Shown here: one piece after another, positions 1-13,260 of the stretch
Layout: each line of letters opens with the position of its first letter
Position numbering within the stretch: position 1 is the stretch's first letter
Assembly: GCA_965153455.1 (NCBI GenBank)
Contig: OZ234493.1
Coordinates: forward strand, 30,928,213-30,992,212
Direction of reading: 5' to 3'
Source: Sphagnum compactum
Taxonomy: Eukaryota
DNA: 64,000 nucleotides
Notes under the pieces: model-generated
The model's database searches: none
What the model was told of the DNA's origin: nothing
The model's input: only the letters and a program-made list of their open reading frames with translations
Made by a program: the position numbers and the translations under genes

Positions 1-2331
1 GTGCGTTCTTTTGATGTTTGTTTTTTTCGTCATTACTTTGTTGAGCATTGTAGTCCTTGATTTTTTAATCTCTTTAGCATGTGATGAAACACGACATAAT
101 TTTCTTGAGGATTTGGTGTTTCATATATGCAAGGGTTATAAGCCACTTTTCACTTGCGAAAATGTTTGGCTATAAAGGTTAATATTACATCAATGCCTTC
201 GTGCTTTATTTCCTTCCCATTTTGCCTTGGTGGAAGAAATGATTCTTGTGATGGTAAGAAAAACTATGGACTTGCATGTGTTGCTTAATTTTACATTTGC
301 AATAATTATGGCAACAAGTTTTGATCTTTGGATGTCCAAAGGTGGAGTGAACACTTTTGCCTTTGTAATAAATTATTTTAATGAATTATGAACCCCTATA
401 CATGTTATTGTTGGTTTGTTTGAAGTGCATGACATAACATGGATTTCCATGGCTAGGTAGTTACAAGTTTTACTTGAAAAGTTTGATTTAATGCATCGTG
501 CGGTTGCCTTTGTGAAAGATGGAGGCAATAACTTGATGTCTATAACAACATCACTACATTCTATTGTTGATTGTTAGCCTTTGAAACTCCAATGGGTTTA
601 TAAGAGTTATTGTTTTGGTCATGTCATGTCCAAGGCATGCCAATATGCCACAAATGATGACAAGGTTGTTGTTGGTTTGAAACATGTAAGTGTGAAGAAT
701 GTTTAAACAAGCTTGTAGAAGACAATCACATGGACAAAAAAATTAGAAAAGGGGAGGTTGGAGTGGAAAAATGCATGTGTTGAAAGTGGATTGTGGCATT
801 GGAAAAAAAAAATTCCAGTGAAAACTAGATTTTCTAGTAAAATGATAATGTTTAAAAAGACATTGGAGTTCAAAAAGGCCAATGTCTTGTGCTATGGGCG
901 ACAAAAGACAATGGTTTTATAGCAGTGAATTCTTAAGGTTGAGGTGTGCGCAACTATAGAAATAATCACAAGTGTTTTAGACCCTGTCATCAGAGCTTGT
1001 GTGATGAACCAATCACAAGGTCAGTAGTTGCTATCAGATGCCTTAACTACATTTATTGCACCAATAATTAGCATGGAAGTTGACTTTGAGCAAGTTTTTA
1101 ATGAGATTGAAAATTTAGATGAACTCCTTTTGCAACATAATATGTGATAGAAAGTTGTGAAGGTGCTCAAACCTTTCCTAATTTTTTTGAAATCTTATGA
1201 TGCAAATTAAATTCATAACATGCTTGCTATAATGTTGGATCTTCGATTCAAACATTTGCGTGTTGTGAAAAATTATGTGGGTAAAGGGAATGCAATTCAT
1301 TTTGCTTATGAATACGATGCAAAAGGTAGTCATTCCCCTTCATAGGATTTGCTTTCATCAATTAAACCTTATTATCCAGGGATGCAATGTTGATGCAATT
1401 TTGATGGACTGACCTAGTGGAGAGCTTAAAGAGGACATTAACATTTTGGTGTTGGAGCTTTTATTGAAAAGTTTTCATGTGCTCTTGTTATTGGGGAATT
1501 GTCTTTGTTTAAAAGATTGCCTGTACTCCAAGCGACATGCAATGATCCCCTTGCTTGGTGGCACATCAATGAAGGTCAATTTTCAAATGTTGCATTCTTG
1601 ACCAAACAAATTCTTGGCATTCCTGGGTCACAAATTGGAATAGAGAGAATGTTTAATTGTTAGGGTGTTGACATCTTTGTGGCATTGTTGTTTACAAGCA
1701 GAGAACCTTGATCGGATCATCACTATTGTGAAAAATTGGCCTAATGATTCACGCCTTATTTGTAAGAAGAAAGTGAATATGAAAGAATACATGAAAGTGG
1801 AAATACCATTGGCGGATGACAACTATAAATTGATTGAAGAAGCGGAACATTTCAAGGAGTTACATATATATGATGAAATTTGATGGTTTGGTGTTATATA
1901 TATGGTTGGGTGATTTTGTGTGGGGGTGTGGTTGGGGTAGGGAACTTGTGCTAGAGTTGGGTAGAGTTCATCGTAGAATTGGGGTTCATTTCCCCCACAA
2001 GCTATTTTGTTTTGAGTTTTGTTCATGTTGGTCTTGTGGGGAGGGGGGGGGGGGTAGGTTGTTAAGTTTTACTTTTCTAAGTTTTTTTTTAAGAAACTAG
2101 AATTGTAAATTTGATATGCATAACCTTTGTGCATGTCCATCATGTTTTAGAAATTGAAAACTAACCTATTCATAAACAACAACCCATTTATTTAAAAAAT
2201 GAACGTGTAAACAACTAGTGTAGTAAATTGATGTTTTTTCAATACATATCTTCCATCATGACTTTTTTGAAAAAAAATGCTTTATTGGTATCTGGAGGAT
2301 ATGTCTAAAAGCTGATAATTGGACAACATTG
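1..2331 (+). mobile_element. Decayed hAT DNA transposon (3' part; left end outside window) with transposase pseudogene ~100-1883
   Basis: Manual translation gives ATSFDLWMSKGGVNTFAFVINYF (~311-380, first catalytic D region), MLDLRFKHL (~1233) and DPLAWWHINEGQFSNVAFLTKQILGIPGSQIGIERMF (~1544-1655, hAT C-terminal dimerisation motif), with many stops and frameshifts. ...GGACAACATTG ending at 2331 resembles the CA(G/A)TGTT.. termini of the other hAT elements in the window. Confidence 0.85.
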
Positions 2332-2439
2332 GTGGTTACCCAATTTACCAAAATTGTGGTCTCAGTTACCAACTCCCTAATGAATAAGTACCCCCAATTT
2401 ATATTGGGGGTATTAGCCCTAGCCAAAAATGGTAGTGAA

Positions 2440-2521
2440 AATTTTTGGAAATAGAAATTTCATGCACCCAATGGGAAGGCTTAGCATCCACTCAAAGTGC
2501 CTTAGTTTTTTTTAAAAAGTT

Positions 2522-2558
<37 letters not shown>

Positions 2559-2890
2559 TGTTTCATTTTTGCTTTGTTCTGAACATGTTCCCTTCAAGTT
2601 CCCAATGAGTTCCCATCAAGTTCCCAATATGTTCCCCAAGGGGGTTCCCAATAGCACTTCGCTTTAATCCCATATGTTTTGCTCAAAGTCCTCCCCTTCT
2701 CACCTATATAGGTGTGCCAAAGGGAGAGGCACTCCATCTTTCCATAGAATCTTCTATTTTAGGGAGCCTCTATAGTTTCAATTTTTTTTGCGACGGGCCA
2801 ATTAAATTGGCTCATTGTAAAAAAAAAAGAAAGTTGGACTTGTGAGGCACCTCCAACTAATTAATATGAAACAGAAATAGGTACCCACGA
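2440..2890 (+). repeat. Dispersed non-coding repeat family (partial copies at ~3180-3300, ~28990-29400 and ~29640-30690 on the - strand); contains a 29-nt poly-G run (2524-2552)
   Basis: Shared blocks such as TGTTCCC..CAAGTTCCCAATG, CTCACCTATATAGGTG.GCCAAAG and ATTTCATGCACCCAA recur, reverse-complemented, at 29640-30690. Confidence 0.6.
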
Positions 2891-5084
2891 TCTTAGAAAG
2901 GGGTATTAGTTCAGGTCAAAAATGGTCACAACCACTGTCACCACAACAAATTTCAAGGAGCCAATGAGATGATTGAAATGCAGTGGAAAGTCTAATTTTC
3001 TTTTATTTTGGTAAAAAAGAGCAAGGTGGGTGTGAGGATTTTTTAAACATTTCATTGAGGTGAAAATGCAATTAGAGACACATCACTAAGGTCAAGGTAG
3101 CCACTTCACTAACATGAATGCCACTTGACTTAGTTTGAAATAAAAATAATTAAGTACTTTTTTCAGCCTATTATTTTTTTCCTCCTTATCTTCCCTTGAC
3201 ATCTCAATTTTATCCCTTGTTGTTGTCCAAACTTGCCCCTTTTTCACCTATTTAGGTGGGCCAAAGAGGAGGCATTAAATCTTCACATAAAAACCTCTAC
3301 CCATCAAAATGCCTTGGTGCTCTAAAACAAAAAGAACTTGGGAGGGAACCCCATCTAATTAATAGAAGTAACAATAGGTTGAGTTGTTAAACCATTGGCA
3401 AGGAAATAAGTGAGGGCCAAGCCTTTGCACATTCTTGTTTTCATGATTGAGTTAACATTGTCTTCTCCAAAGTTCCCATTCATTTTTGGCGTTTTGTAGC
3501 TTTGATGGGGGAATGCATTGACAAATATTTTGGAAAAAGCATATTCTGTCACATTTTTTATTAAAAAAATTAGTCAAAACAAAACAAAAAAATCTAAAAA
3601 ATTTGCCAAAAATCACCAGAATTGCATACAACATGATTGGGTGCTTAATTTTTTTTCTACTTTCATATATTGAATGTAGCCAAATGTAGCTAAGTATTCT
3701 TTTGGATGATTGCTATTGGAGCCACATCACCAAAATTGAAAAAGAAAAATACTGATGGAATGTAACAATAATATTAAAACTTATGTCCTTTATTCCTCCA
3801 ATTTTTTCTTCCTTGTTGTACTTTCTTGTAATAAAGTTCTACAAGTTATCATCATCATGTTGTATTTTCAATTCTTCTTTTCTTCAATAGATCGTGATTC
3901 TATTTTGTGGCCCCCAAAACAAGAAACTTACATAATTCTTTACATCGTCCATAAGTGGAACAAAGTTTTGGAAGATCTTCCATCAGTTCACACAAAAACA
4001 CAAGTCACCAATCCAACAATGCCCGTAAAATCTTCACATCTAGTTTGCAACTTAATAACGAGCACATAAGTAATAGTTACTTAGCAATTCAGCATGGGAT
4101 TAAACTAGAATTAAGCTAAAGCATAGCATATTAACATTGCAGAAAGTAAACCTGAACTAGGATGAGTACAATTGCTGTAGATTTCAATTTGTTGGTCTTG
4201 CCTACCAAAGCAAGGATATTGTGTTTAGATTCACTATAGAGTGTGGTAGGTTAAGGGATCTTGGCCCCTAGGTAGTAGGTATATTTTTATATGAGGATTT
4301 TTGAAAGATGATATTCTGGCTTGTGTTGAAACTTGAGATTAGTTACAGAGTTTTGGTATCTTGAACGATTTTGGTTTCTTTTAGAGGATTCGTTTTGAAG
4401 ATCGTATTTTTGCATGGTGAAATATTTCAATTTTCATGCTTCTTCCTTTGCCTTAAGATACTTTTTAATGAAAATGGCAAGGCTTCAGTGTGACACTCTC
4501 CTTGTTTTCATTGTGAGGAGTTCATTTTTTTTGAGAACTTTATGAAACATTTCATATTTTAACTGTTGCTGGTTTGAAGTGTGAATGGGTGTCGACCGGA
4601 TGGGGTTTTTTAGAGGAACGGCTGGGTTCAGCTCTCAACAATTTTTAATGAATTGGACGATTCGGCTAGTCTAAAGATTTCCTCTAAAGATTAATCTCAA
4701 GAATTAAAACCGGTCAGTTTCAGGGTTGGGTCCAATTTTTTAAATTGTTGGTTTTAGGGTTGATGGTTCTAGATTTTTTGAGGCCTGGCAGTTTGGGATT
4801 CAAGGTGTCACTACTAAGTTTTCAGACTCTCATTACCAAATCTTTTCACTTCACCATTGTGTAAGTTTCCTCGGGACAAAAGAGGGTGTTTGTTGGCTTC
4901 ACATGTTAATGAGAGACTAGAGAACCATGGAGGTTTTTATTTGGTACAACATTTTGAGGAGTGTTCATCAGGTGCTATTGTGAGTTCAACTTTTGAGAAC
5001 TTGGTTTTTGTTTGGCCTCACATTTTGAGTAATGTTCCATGGATGCTATTGTGAGGCGCAAGTTCCGTTCTTTTGGGAACTTGA

Positions 5085-5240
5085 TGACACACTTCCTATT
5101 CTAAATGTTGTGAGTTCAATTGTTTGAGAATGCCATGACAAACTTACTTCCTATTCTAAATGTTGTGAGTTCAATTGTTTGAGAATTCCATGACAAACTT
5201 ACTTCCTATTTTAATTGTTGCGAGTTCATTTTTTGGGAAC
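5085..5240. repeat. Tandem triplication of a ~55-bp unit (ACTTCCTATTCTAAATGTTGTGAGTTCAATTGTTTGAGAA..CCATGACAAACTT)
   Basis: Unit seen at ~5091, ~5146 and ~5201. Confidence 0.75.
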
Positions 5241-6379
5241 TTTGTGAAACATTTTTTTTAATTTTAACAATTGTGAGTCACAAACAACTCAATAATTGGT
5301 GGTCTTAGAAAAGACAAAGAATCCAGAAAAGATGCCCCCCCACCCCCACCTCCCTGCCACCCACCCACCGACCCAAAGCTGTGGGAAATTGGAGCCAGGT
5401 CCCTAAACCCTAACCTCAAATCCATATACCCTACACCTAAGACTGGGGCCAAGGCTAGAACACCATAAGACTAGTCAGGCTAGGTCTTCTGCCAGATCTA
5501 ACCCACCTTGAGTTTTCTTAGGTTGGGTCTGGGGTTGAGTTTTGCCCCACTTAGACCCACCAGGCCAGATACTGGGACCTTGGCTGGGGCTGAAAACCTG
5601 GAACCAGCCAACACAGTTTTGAACTTGCCATTACTAGATGAGCAGGATTTTAGTATCTTTTCCTCAAGAGGACAACACAATGGGAAGAAAAAAAGACTGC
5701 AAAATCCCTCAATTTGATAACCATACATACAATAAGGCCAGTTTCATACATGTTTTCCCCTTCAACTTTTCTGGCACCCTGAAAATTGCCATTCACAGTA
5801 CAACCTAATTTAGTTTGGGCAAGTTGCAAGTTACATCTCAATGTTAAATTAATATATCATTTCTATCAAGATACTAACTAGTGGTTTTTTTTGGGCAAAT
5901 TCTTGCATTGTGACAACAAAAAAAATTGGAAAAATTTGTCAAACTTTGGAAACCACAATGAAACAAAATCCTGAGACCAACATATTAATGGAATGGGAGT
6001 CATGTGAGGTTTGGATGGTTGGATTGGTGAACAAAAAAGGTACACTTTGTATTTTGTACAAAGTGTTGGGTGGTTCTGTAGTTTTTCTGAGAACTGTCAG
6101 GTTCAGGAATTATAATGTTTTGAAAGACCCGACCTTGTTTAAAAAATAAAAATAAAAACCATATTTTAAAGACCCAGGCAGGGTTTCAAAAATTTGCAAA
6201 AAAATTTCACCTAGGTTTCAAAGTGCCGGTTCTCAGACATTTTATACCAATCAGTTTTCAAAGTCGGTTTTCACATACTGGTTCTTATAAATTTTATTAT
6301 CTCAAATATTGATTTTTAATGTTTAAAAATTAAAAAAATTGCACAAAAAAACTTAAATTTCGTAAACTTCTTTTCAACA

Positions 6380-9300
6380 TTTTATATGTCCACTATTTGA
6401 TCTCCTTCAAATGAGCTTTCAAATTCTTCTAACTCCTCTTCAAAACCTAAATATGTTTGAATTAACTTTGCTAAATTTGAAGGTGGTTTACATCCATCTC
6501 TAGGATCACTTGGCCAAATTTTGTTCACAAAAATCAAAATTTCTAAGTTTTTTGATTGTAAACAACATTTCCTTCACTTTGTAAGTATGCTTACTAAAGA
6601 AAAAAATCTTTTTGTTTCAATTTGTGACCCTATAATGCTTAAGATTTGATGAGCCAAAAAACCAATTGTAGGAAACACGGCTTCATGTTTTCCCCTCCAT
6701 TGAAGAGGACATTTGATGTCTTTGGGATCCATTTGGTAAGGTTTAAAAATCAATAATTCCCTGGTGACAAGTTCCTTTTATGGCTCATTTGTGAATGTAG
6801 TCCATTGAAAAAATCTAGATTAGAATCTTCATCACTTGTTTGATCTACACATCCAACAAATTTTGTCATTGAATGCAAATGATGATAACACTTCAAAAAC
6901 ATAGGATACACAGTTCTTCTATCACATTCGTCCATAATACTTATACTTTCCTCTTTGCCAACAAAAGAAGATACTAAACAAAGGCTTTTGAATCTAGGGT
7001 CTAACATAAAAAACAACATGTTGTGAACTTTTCTTTCTTTAATTTTTTTTTGGAAAAGAAAGAAAAGAATCTGAAACACCACAAACTTATCTTTTGGTGT
7101 TGGAAGCAAACAAAGATAATTCAAAAGCTATCCTAAAATCATCATCAATCAAACTGACTGGGGCAGATGAGTTTGTAATTTCTTCCTTGAATTTTAAGCA
7201 CATAATAATGGCAAATTGTAATGCATTAGAAAGCAACCAGTGGTTGCTAGATTGGTTTAGAACACAAGTGGTCATAACAGGAGATAAATAATCCATAATT
7301 AATTTAGAGATGTGCCAAGTAAAAAAAGGAGGCACTCTTCCACTTATTCTGATAATATTTTGCTTACAATAATAATAACATCCTTGAATTGCAAGACTTT
7401 TTCAAACATAATGATTTTGTTGGAAAATTTGCAAACAAATTTAAAATTGCAATGTTAGAAGATTTAATTTTAAAAAATCAATAAAAAATAGAAAATACAA
7501 TAGTTATGGAAAAAATTGCAATAGATTAAATAATCACCTTGTTTTCATTGGAATATTTAATTTTCTTGGAGGTAATTTCAAATTTGGATGAGCCTTATTC
7601 CATTATTGTCTACTCTTTCTAAAATTTTTAGGTCAAATTAGACATCTATGCAACTCTGACTAGGCAAACTTGATTGAAACAAACTTGAGATTCCTGTAAT
7701 TTTTTTCATTAGTAGTAGCATATTGACATGCTTTGGAAAAAACATGGCCAAAACAAGAACCTTGAAAACTTTCATGTAAATCGAGGACTTCACATTTTAC
7801 AACAAATTTCAAAACAATTGTCATAGTATTTAAGTTTGAGCCCTCATCGTTAACATAACAATGATTTTGTTTCTTAACCCATTATTGATCAACCAATTTT
7901 GTCAAATTGTTGGCTAATGCTTGCCCAATAGTTTTTGTTGCTTCAAATAAACCAATAGTTATTTTTTTGGGTTGCTAATCAGATCCCAAAAAGTTTATAA
8001 TAAGAGAAAATATATCATGTGCACCCTTTGACATCCACAAGTCAAAGCTTGTTGTGGCAAAAATATAATATGTTAATTTTGGCAAAACTTATATTTGTTT
8101 CGTTTTTTCCAACAAGTTAGGTAATTTTTCCTAAAAAAACTATTTTGTAGAAAAGAACACAACTCTATGACACAAATGTAATATTCACATCAACACATTT
8201 TGGGTTGTGCAATTAGCCTCTACAACTACGTAATAGTTAGAAAGGATATATGCAATTAGTGACTAGTGAGTTGCTAAACCCATGTCGTTTCACCCATTTA
8301 GACGCAAGGGACGTTCATTTGCAAAGTCTAATCATTTTAATGACTAAGATTTGAAAAATTTCTTATAATAATGAAATTCCATGTCATCATTAACCTTGGT
8401 ATGATGTGTAAAGTGCATGCCATTTCAACTTAGTTGTTTTATTCTACCAAATGTTACAAAAGACGCCTTGATGGATGGATGACATGTGTAAAAAATTTAT
8501 AAACAAGTTAAATGAGCCATTGCACATGACCAAAAGTCAACCTAGTTTAGCCCATGTAGTTAGCATAACCAAAAATCAATCTAGCTTGACCTAGTTAAGC
8601 TAGGCAACTTAACCTAGCTCACCTAACCTAGTTTAACCTAGCTAGGTTAACTACTTATGTTAGGCAACTTGGGTTACCTAACCTAGGCTAGGTGGCTTAG
8701 ATTAAAAATAAACGTCAGACTATTAGCCCAAGAAACTTAAAGTAGGCTACCTAACCTAAGCCAAATGGCCTAGTTATCATAGGTTGCAAGAGTGAGGACT
8801 TGAACCCTTCATTTCCACTTTGGGGTTCAAGTCTCCATCCATTGCACTACCACATTTTTTTATATTAATTAATTCTAACACAAAGTTATAAAGCTCAAAA
8901 CTTTTAACCTTGAATTAATCTTGGTCACCCTAGGTTGACTTAGGTCAACCTACCTATTACCTACCAGCCTAACCTAAACCTCCTTAGGTTGACTTAAGAT
9001 GAACTAATTTATCAGCCTATACTACTTATTAACTTAGCTTAGGTTAACCTAAACATTCGTAGGTTAAAAAAAAACCCAAAATAATTATGTTGCATCTAGT
9101 CGCATTTAGTTGCATCATAGTCACATTTAGTTACACAAACTTGAGTTGGTTACAAACTTGATAGAATATTTTGTAATGAGGCTACCTAGGTTGACTTGGC
9201 AAAAAATCATAAGCTACGAACCTAGGTAAACCTACCTAGGTTAACTTATTAATAGGGTAACTTGTTCTAGGTATATTTAAACATATTATACATAGTAAAT

Positions 9301-10650
9301 TTTTAATGTCTAGTTAAGTAATTTACAAGGTAGCTTATATTATGAAGTAGGTTTTCATTAAATAGCTTACATATATAGGTTAACTTAATAGGTATGTTAA
9401 CTTAAACTAGTGTGTTAAGTAATTAAAAAGTCAAAGAGTTATGTCTCACCTTTTTCAAAACGACTATTAATATTGTAGTCATAATTACAAGTCAACATTA
9501 AATTGTTTAGTACACATACACATGCATATGAATTCATGATTTCAAAACCCTCATGGCACACAAAAAAATATGGCATGACATGACAAATATTAGTGCCATA
9601 AATTCAAAAGACGTAAAAACTTATGGCGTCACAAAAAATCATGGGTTGACATGAAAGTTTGTGACACATTGTTGCCAAATGGCATGCCATGTCATCATCA
9701 CATGGAAGACCAAATCGTTATTAATCGCAAAGGACAACAATATTTTCAACTAGTTAATAAATGAGATTAATTCATCAAATCAATGACATGAATTATGATG
9801 TGAAGTTAGTGTCACAAGTCATGAACTATTGTGAATATTAGTCAACCTTGTTGCCATGTGGCATGCCATGTCATCATCGCATGACCATAAGTTGTTATTA
9901 TTCACCAAAAGTTGCAAGAATCAATGGAATTTTGTTATTACCTGATTTTGGATCATTAAAAATACACAAAAATACATTTTTGAAAATTTGATATATGTGT
10001 AAAAACCATCAAGTTGTGATATGAATTATAGTTGCAAAACCATAATGCCACATGGCACCATAATATCCTTTACAACTATGCAGTCATTCACATAAACTTA
10101 TAGTTACAATTGTAGTAAAAAAAGATAATAGTTGTTTTTATTAACCGGTTGTAAAACCCAAGATGTGTTGTTGTGATTAAACGCTTAAACCATACACTTT
10201 CAACAAACTACAATGGTAAGTTATTTTTCACAATCAAAATGCCAAGGTCTTGTAAAAAGTCTTTTTTGCTGCACATCATCCTTTTTGAAAAGTTCTTTTA
10301 CATATAAAAAATATTGTAGTTGCTAGGACATTTGGCCTTTTCTTTACAGGTTTTTTCTCAACACTTTTTGTTATTTCATTGTTAATTTCTTCTTCAAATT
10401 TCTTTGCAATTATAGAATGATCTAGATATACACTGTGTTTCTTTACAACAGTTGTACTATAAATAAATTATAATAGATTGTTAAACCTTTTCTTTTTCTA
10501 GTTCTTGGATTAGGAATATTTATAGCATTATCATAACATAGAATACATCTCATGACTTAACAGGATCCAGCTTCAACTTCTTTGCCATTCACACAATAAA
10601 ATGCCCAACATAAAAAATTATATTATGGCCTTTCCAAAATTTTCTTTAAA
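6380..10650 (-). pseudogene. hAT transposase pseudogene (BED-like N-terminus, DDE core, dimerisation domain), split at 8185/10176
   Basis: Minus-strand translation: WAFYCVNGKEVEAGSC*VMRCILC (~10530-10610), TTSFDLWMSKGAHDIFSL (~8005-8056), MLDPRFKSL (ORF 6750..7124) and QWRGKHEAVFPTIGFLAHQILSIIGSQIETKRFF (~6600-6705). Multiple stops. Confidence 0.85.
8186..10175. mobile_element. Non-autonomous CACTA/EnSpm-like element (1990 bp) inserted in the hAT transposase
   Basis: Left TIR CACATCAACACATTTTGGGTTGTGCAA; reverse complement of right end CACAACAACACATCTTGGGTTTTACAA. Perfect 3-bp TSD ATT (8183-8185, 10176-10178). Interior is non-coding and rich in AACCTAG/CTAGGTT and TGGCATGCCATGTCATC repeats. 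Removing it restores the transposase frame (FVESVWFKRLILHLCHRVVF). Confidence 0.85.
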
Positions 10651-11269
10651 CATGTAATTTTTGCAAATTTTTCTTCATATTTGTTGGCCATTTTCTTCAA
10701 TTTTGCTATTTTTTGTTTACACATTTTCACTTTCTATTCCTTCCACATGTTCTTCAATGTTCATTTAATTTTCATTGGTATTATTTTTTTTCAATCAAAA
10801 TTAAATTTTCATTTTGATTTGGTTCCCCCATTTTCTACCAGAATATTACTTACCTCGAAGGAGAAATTAAAAATAAGTATGTTTTTTTGTCAAAATAAGA
10901 TTTTTCCAACTATCCAAAATCAACTTAAACATTTATAAGCAATTGAAAGAAAAATTTAAAAAGATGCAATGTGCTAAAAAAATACATAATGCAATTGTGT
11001 AAATGAAAAGCAATGTGTAAAGTGAAATGCAATGTGTATAATTAAATGTACAATGTCCAAATATTCCTACACACAACAAGCAAAAACATTGTCAACAAAC
11101 ATTTCCCAAAAACAATATGGACAATTAAAAAAATTCATCAACAAACAAAGATTGAAAAAAAAATTTCACCTTCCAAGTTTAACCTAAAGAATTTGAATTT
11201 GGATAGCTCCTCCCGCACTTGCAAAAAACTAAGGGGAGGAAATACCAACATGAAACAAAAAGAATAAGA

Positions 11270-11870
11270 ACAACATTGTCGAATAAGGAGCAAAGAGCAA
11301 CAACATCATGGGCATAACAAAAAGGTACCTAAGCAAGCTGCGTTGAAGATGAACGAATAAAGGAACAACAACATCGAGTAAAAGGAGTAGCAACATCGAA
11401 CAAGGAGAGTAACATTGAGTAAGAGCAACAATAGCGTCAAGCAAGGAACGTCAACAACATCGAGCAAGGAACAATAGCATCATTGAACAAAAGGAGTAGC
11501 AACGTCGAGCAAGGAACATTAGCAGCGTTGAACAAAAGGAGTAGCAATGTTGAGCAAGGAAAGTAACATCAAGTAAGAATAATAGTAATGTCAAGAAAGG
11601 AACATTAGCAACGTTGAACAAGGAACAATAGTAGTGTCGAACAAGAGGAATAGTAATGTCGAACAAGGAACAGTAGTGGCATCAACAAGGAGCAACATTG
11701 GTGTTGAACAAGAAGTAGCAATGTTGAACAAAAGGAGCAGTAGCATAGAGTAAAAGAAGCAATAATGTTGAGCAAGAGTAGTAATAGCAGTGTCGAGCAA
11801 AAGGAATAGCAACGTTGAACAAGGAGTAGCAAAAGTTTTAGTAAGGAACATTGAACAAGGACTAAAACAA
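11270..11870. repeat. Degenerate tandem minisatellite (~21-24 bp, AGCAACGTCGAGCAAGGA-like) inside the hAT element
   Basis: Many imperfect copies of AGTAGCAA(C/T)GT(C/T)GA(A/G)CAAGGA. This explains the low-complexity ORFs 11229-11940. Confidence 0.8.
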
Positions 11871-12319
11871 ACCAACTTATCAAACGAATTAATTTAAACA
11901 ACAAACAAAGAAGCAACACTTGCTTTATATCAAGCAACAAATGGCGTCGCTTGTTTATAAAACCTTAAAATAACTACTAAGTATTGACTAAACCCTACTA
12001 ACTACTGACTAAACCTTAAACTAACTATTAATTACTGACTAAACCCTATTGACTATTGATTATTTAATTAATTTAAAACCCTTGAACCCTAACCTTGATT
12101 TTTTTGATACCCTGTCAAGGTTTCAATAAAATTTAAATATACATTTGATGAGGGTTTCAAAGGCCCGGTTCTCACATTATTATATAAAACCCTGTAGTTG
12201 GGTTTCAATAAAGGGCGTCACTCAATGTAATAATTAGAGGGTTTCAAATTGAAAATTGGCTTGAAACCTTGTCCAATTTTCACATTTTTTCTAATACCCA
12301 CCCAACAGTAGTACAAACC

Positions 12320-13260
12320 TAGATTGACATAGCAGTTGAAGGTGGCTTGAAACTGCTTATACCCCTTGCATTTGGGTGTTTCCCCTCTTTTGAACACTTC
12401 TTGAGAAACAAATCAAATGATTTGAAGATTTCATTTTAGAAGAATTGCACCAAGAGACATTTTCGAGTAGTTTTTTTATGGGACATCGAATGTCCATTGT
12501 GCTTGCATCATTTTATGCTCATGGCTAGGCTTAGGAGCTTGGCTCATAGTTCGACTGCTCCTATTGATATTTTGCTTGTCATGTGTAATTTTTTTTTACT
12601 GCCTTATTAATGTGACTCGAATTACCCCATCTTACAATCACAAGCTTTTTTCATGTGTGTGCACTCATCTCATTGATCCTTTGATGTGTTCATGGCCATG
12701 ATGTCATTTAGGATGTCTTCACATTCATTGCAAAGGAAATTACTTTTCATATAACTTGGGAGCAATTACATGTAATTCCCTCGTCTATGTTTCAAACATC
12801 TAAATGTCATGTTGACATTGTCCTTTCTAGGAATAGGGTCTGAACCTTGATAACATTATCATCATTGATCCCACCCATGTAGATCTTTTGTCTCAAACAT
12901 CCTTTACACAAGGCTTCACAACATCATAAGCAACCCAAACAAAGTAACTTAGTTACATAGATCACCATCCAAGAAATCAAGTTTTCGACCTAGCAATTGA
13001 AGCCTGAAATTGTTTACATAAACCAATTAATATTTTTTACAAGTTTGTGCCAATAATGTTTGGGGGGACCAAAAGGTTCAAAACGCCTCCCCCTCGCCCT
13101 CTTTCAGGCTGAACCACTTTTTTTAGTCAAAGGGTATTACACTCCAAAAGTTGCAAGCCTCTACAGTTCTATGTTGAGCTGGTAGTGATGGGATTGGCTA
13201 CCTCTCAACTTCCGCCACCACTTGTGGGTCCCTTGCCCATTACCACTTCTAGACATTTGA
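12320..13260 (+). pseudogene. Highly decayed 3' relic of an RLE-type (R2/CRE-like) non-LTR retrotransposon
   Basis: Translation fragments CVCTHLIDP, HDVI*DVFTFIAKE..FH...EQLHVIP...KCHVDIVL and LAIE resemble the CCHC knuckle plus restriction-like endonuclease tail of RLE non-LTR elements. No open frame. Confidence 0.5.

Larger units (their letters stand above)
6060..12310 (-). mobile_element. Decayed full-length hAT transposon, interrupted by a CACTA-like insertion
   Basis: Termini are ..GTGTTGGGTGGTT (6063) and ACCCACCCAACAGTA (12310). GTACAAA occurs on both flanks (6056-6062, 12311-12317), consistent with an 8-bp TSD GTACAAAC plus a 3-bp loss at the left junction. GGGTTTCAA and GGTTCTCA subterminal motifs occur at both ends. 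Confidence 0.75.

Noticed and set aside
2524-2552. 29-nt poly-G as a functional G-quadruplex
   Set aside because: It is a homopolymer inside a dispersed repeat, its length is unreliable, and there is no evidence of function.
11229-11940. Leu/Cys-rich ORFs on the minus strand
   Set aside because: Products of a degenerate minisatellite; open in several frames.
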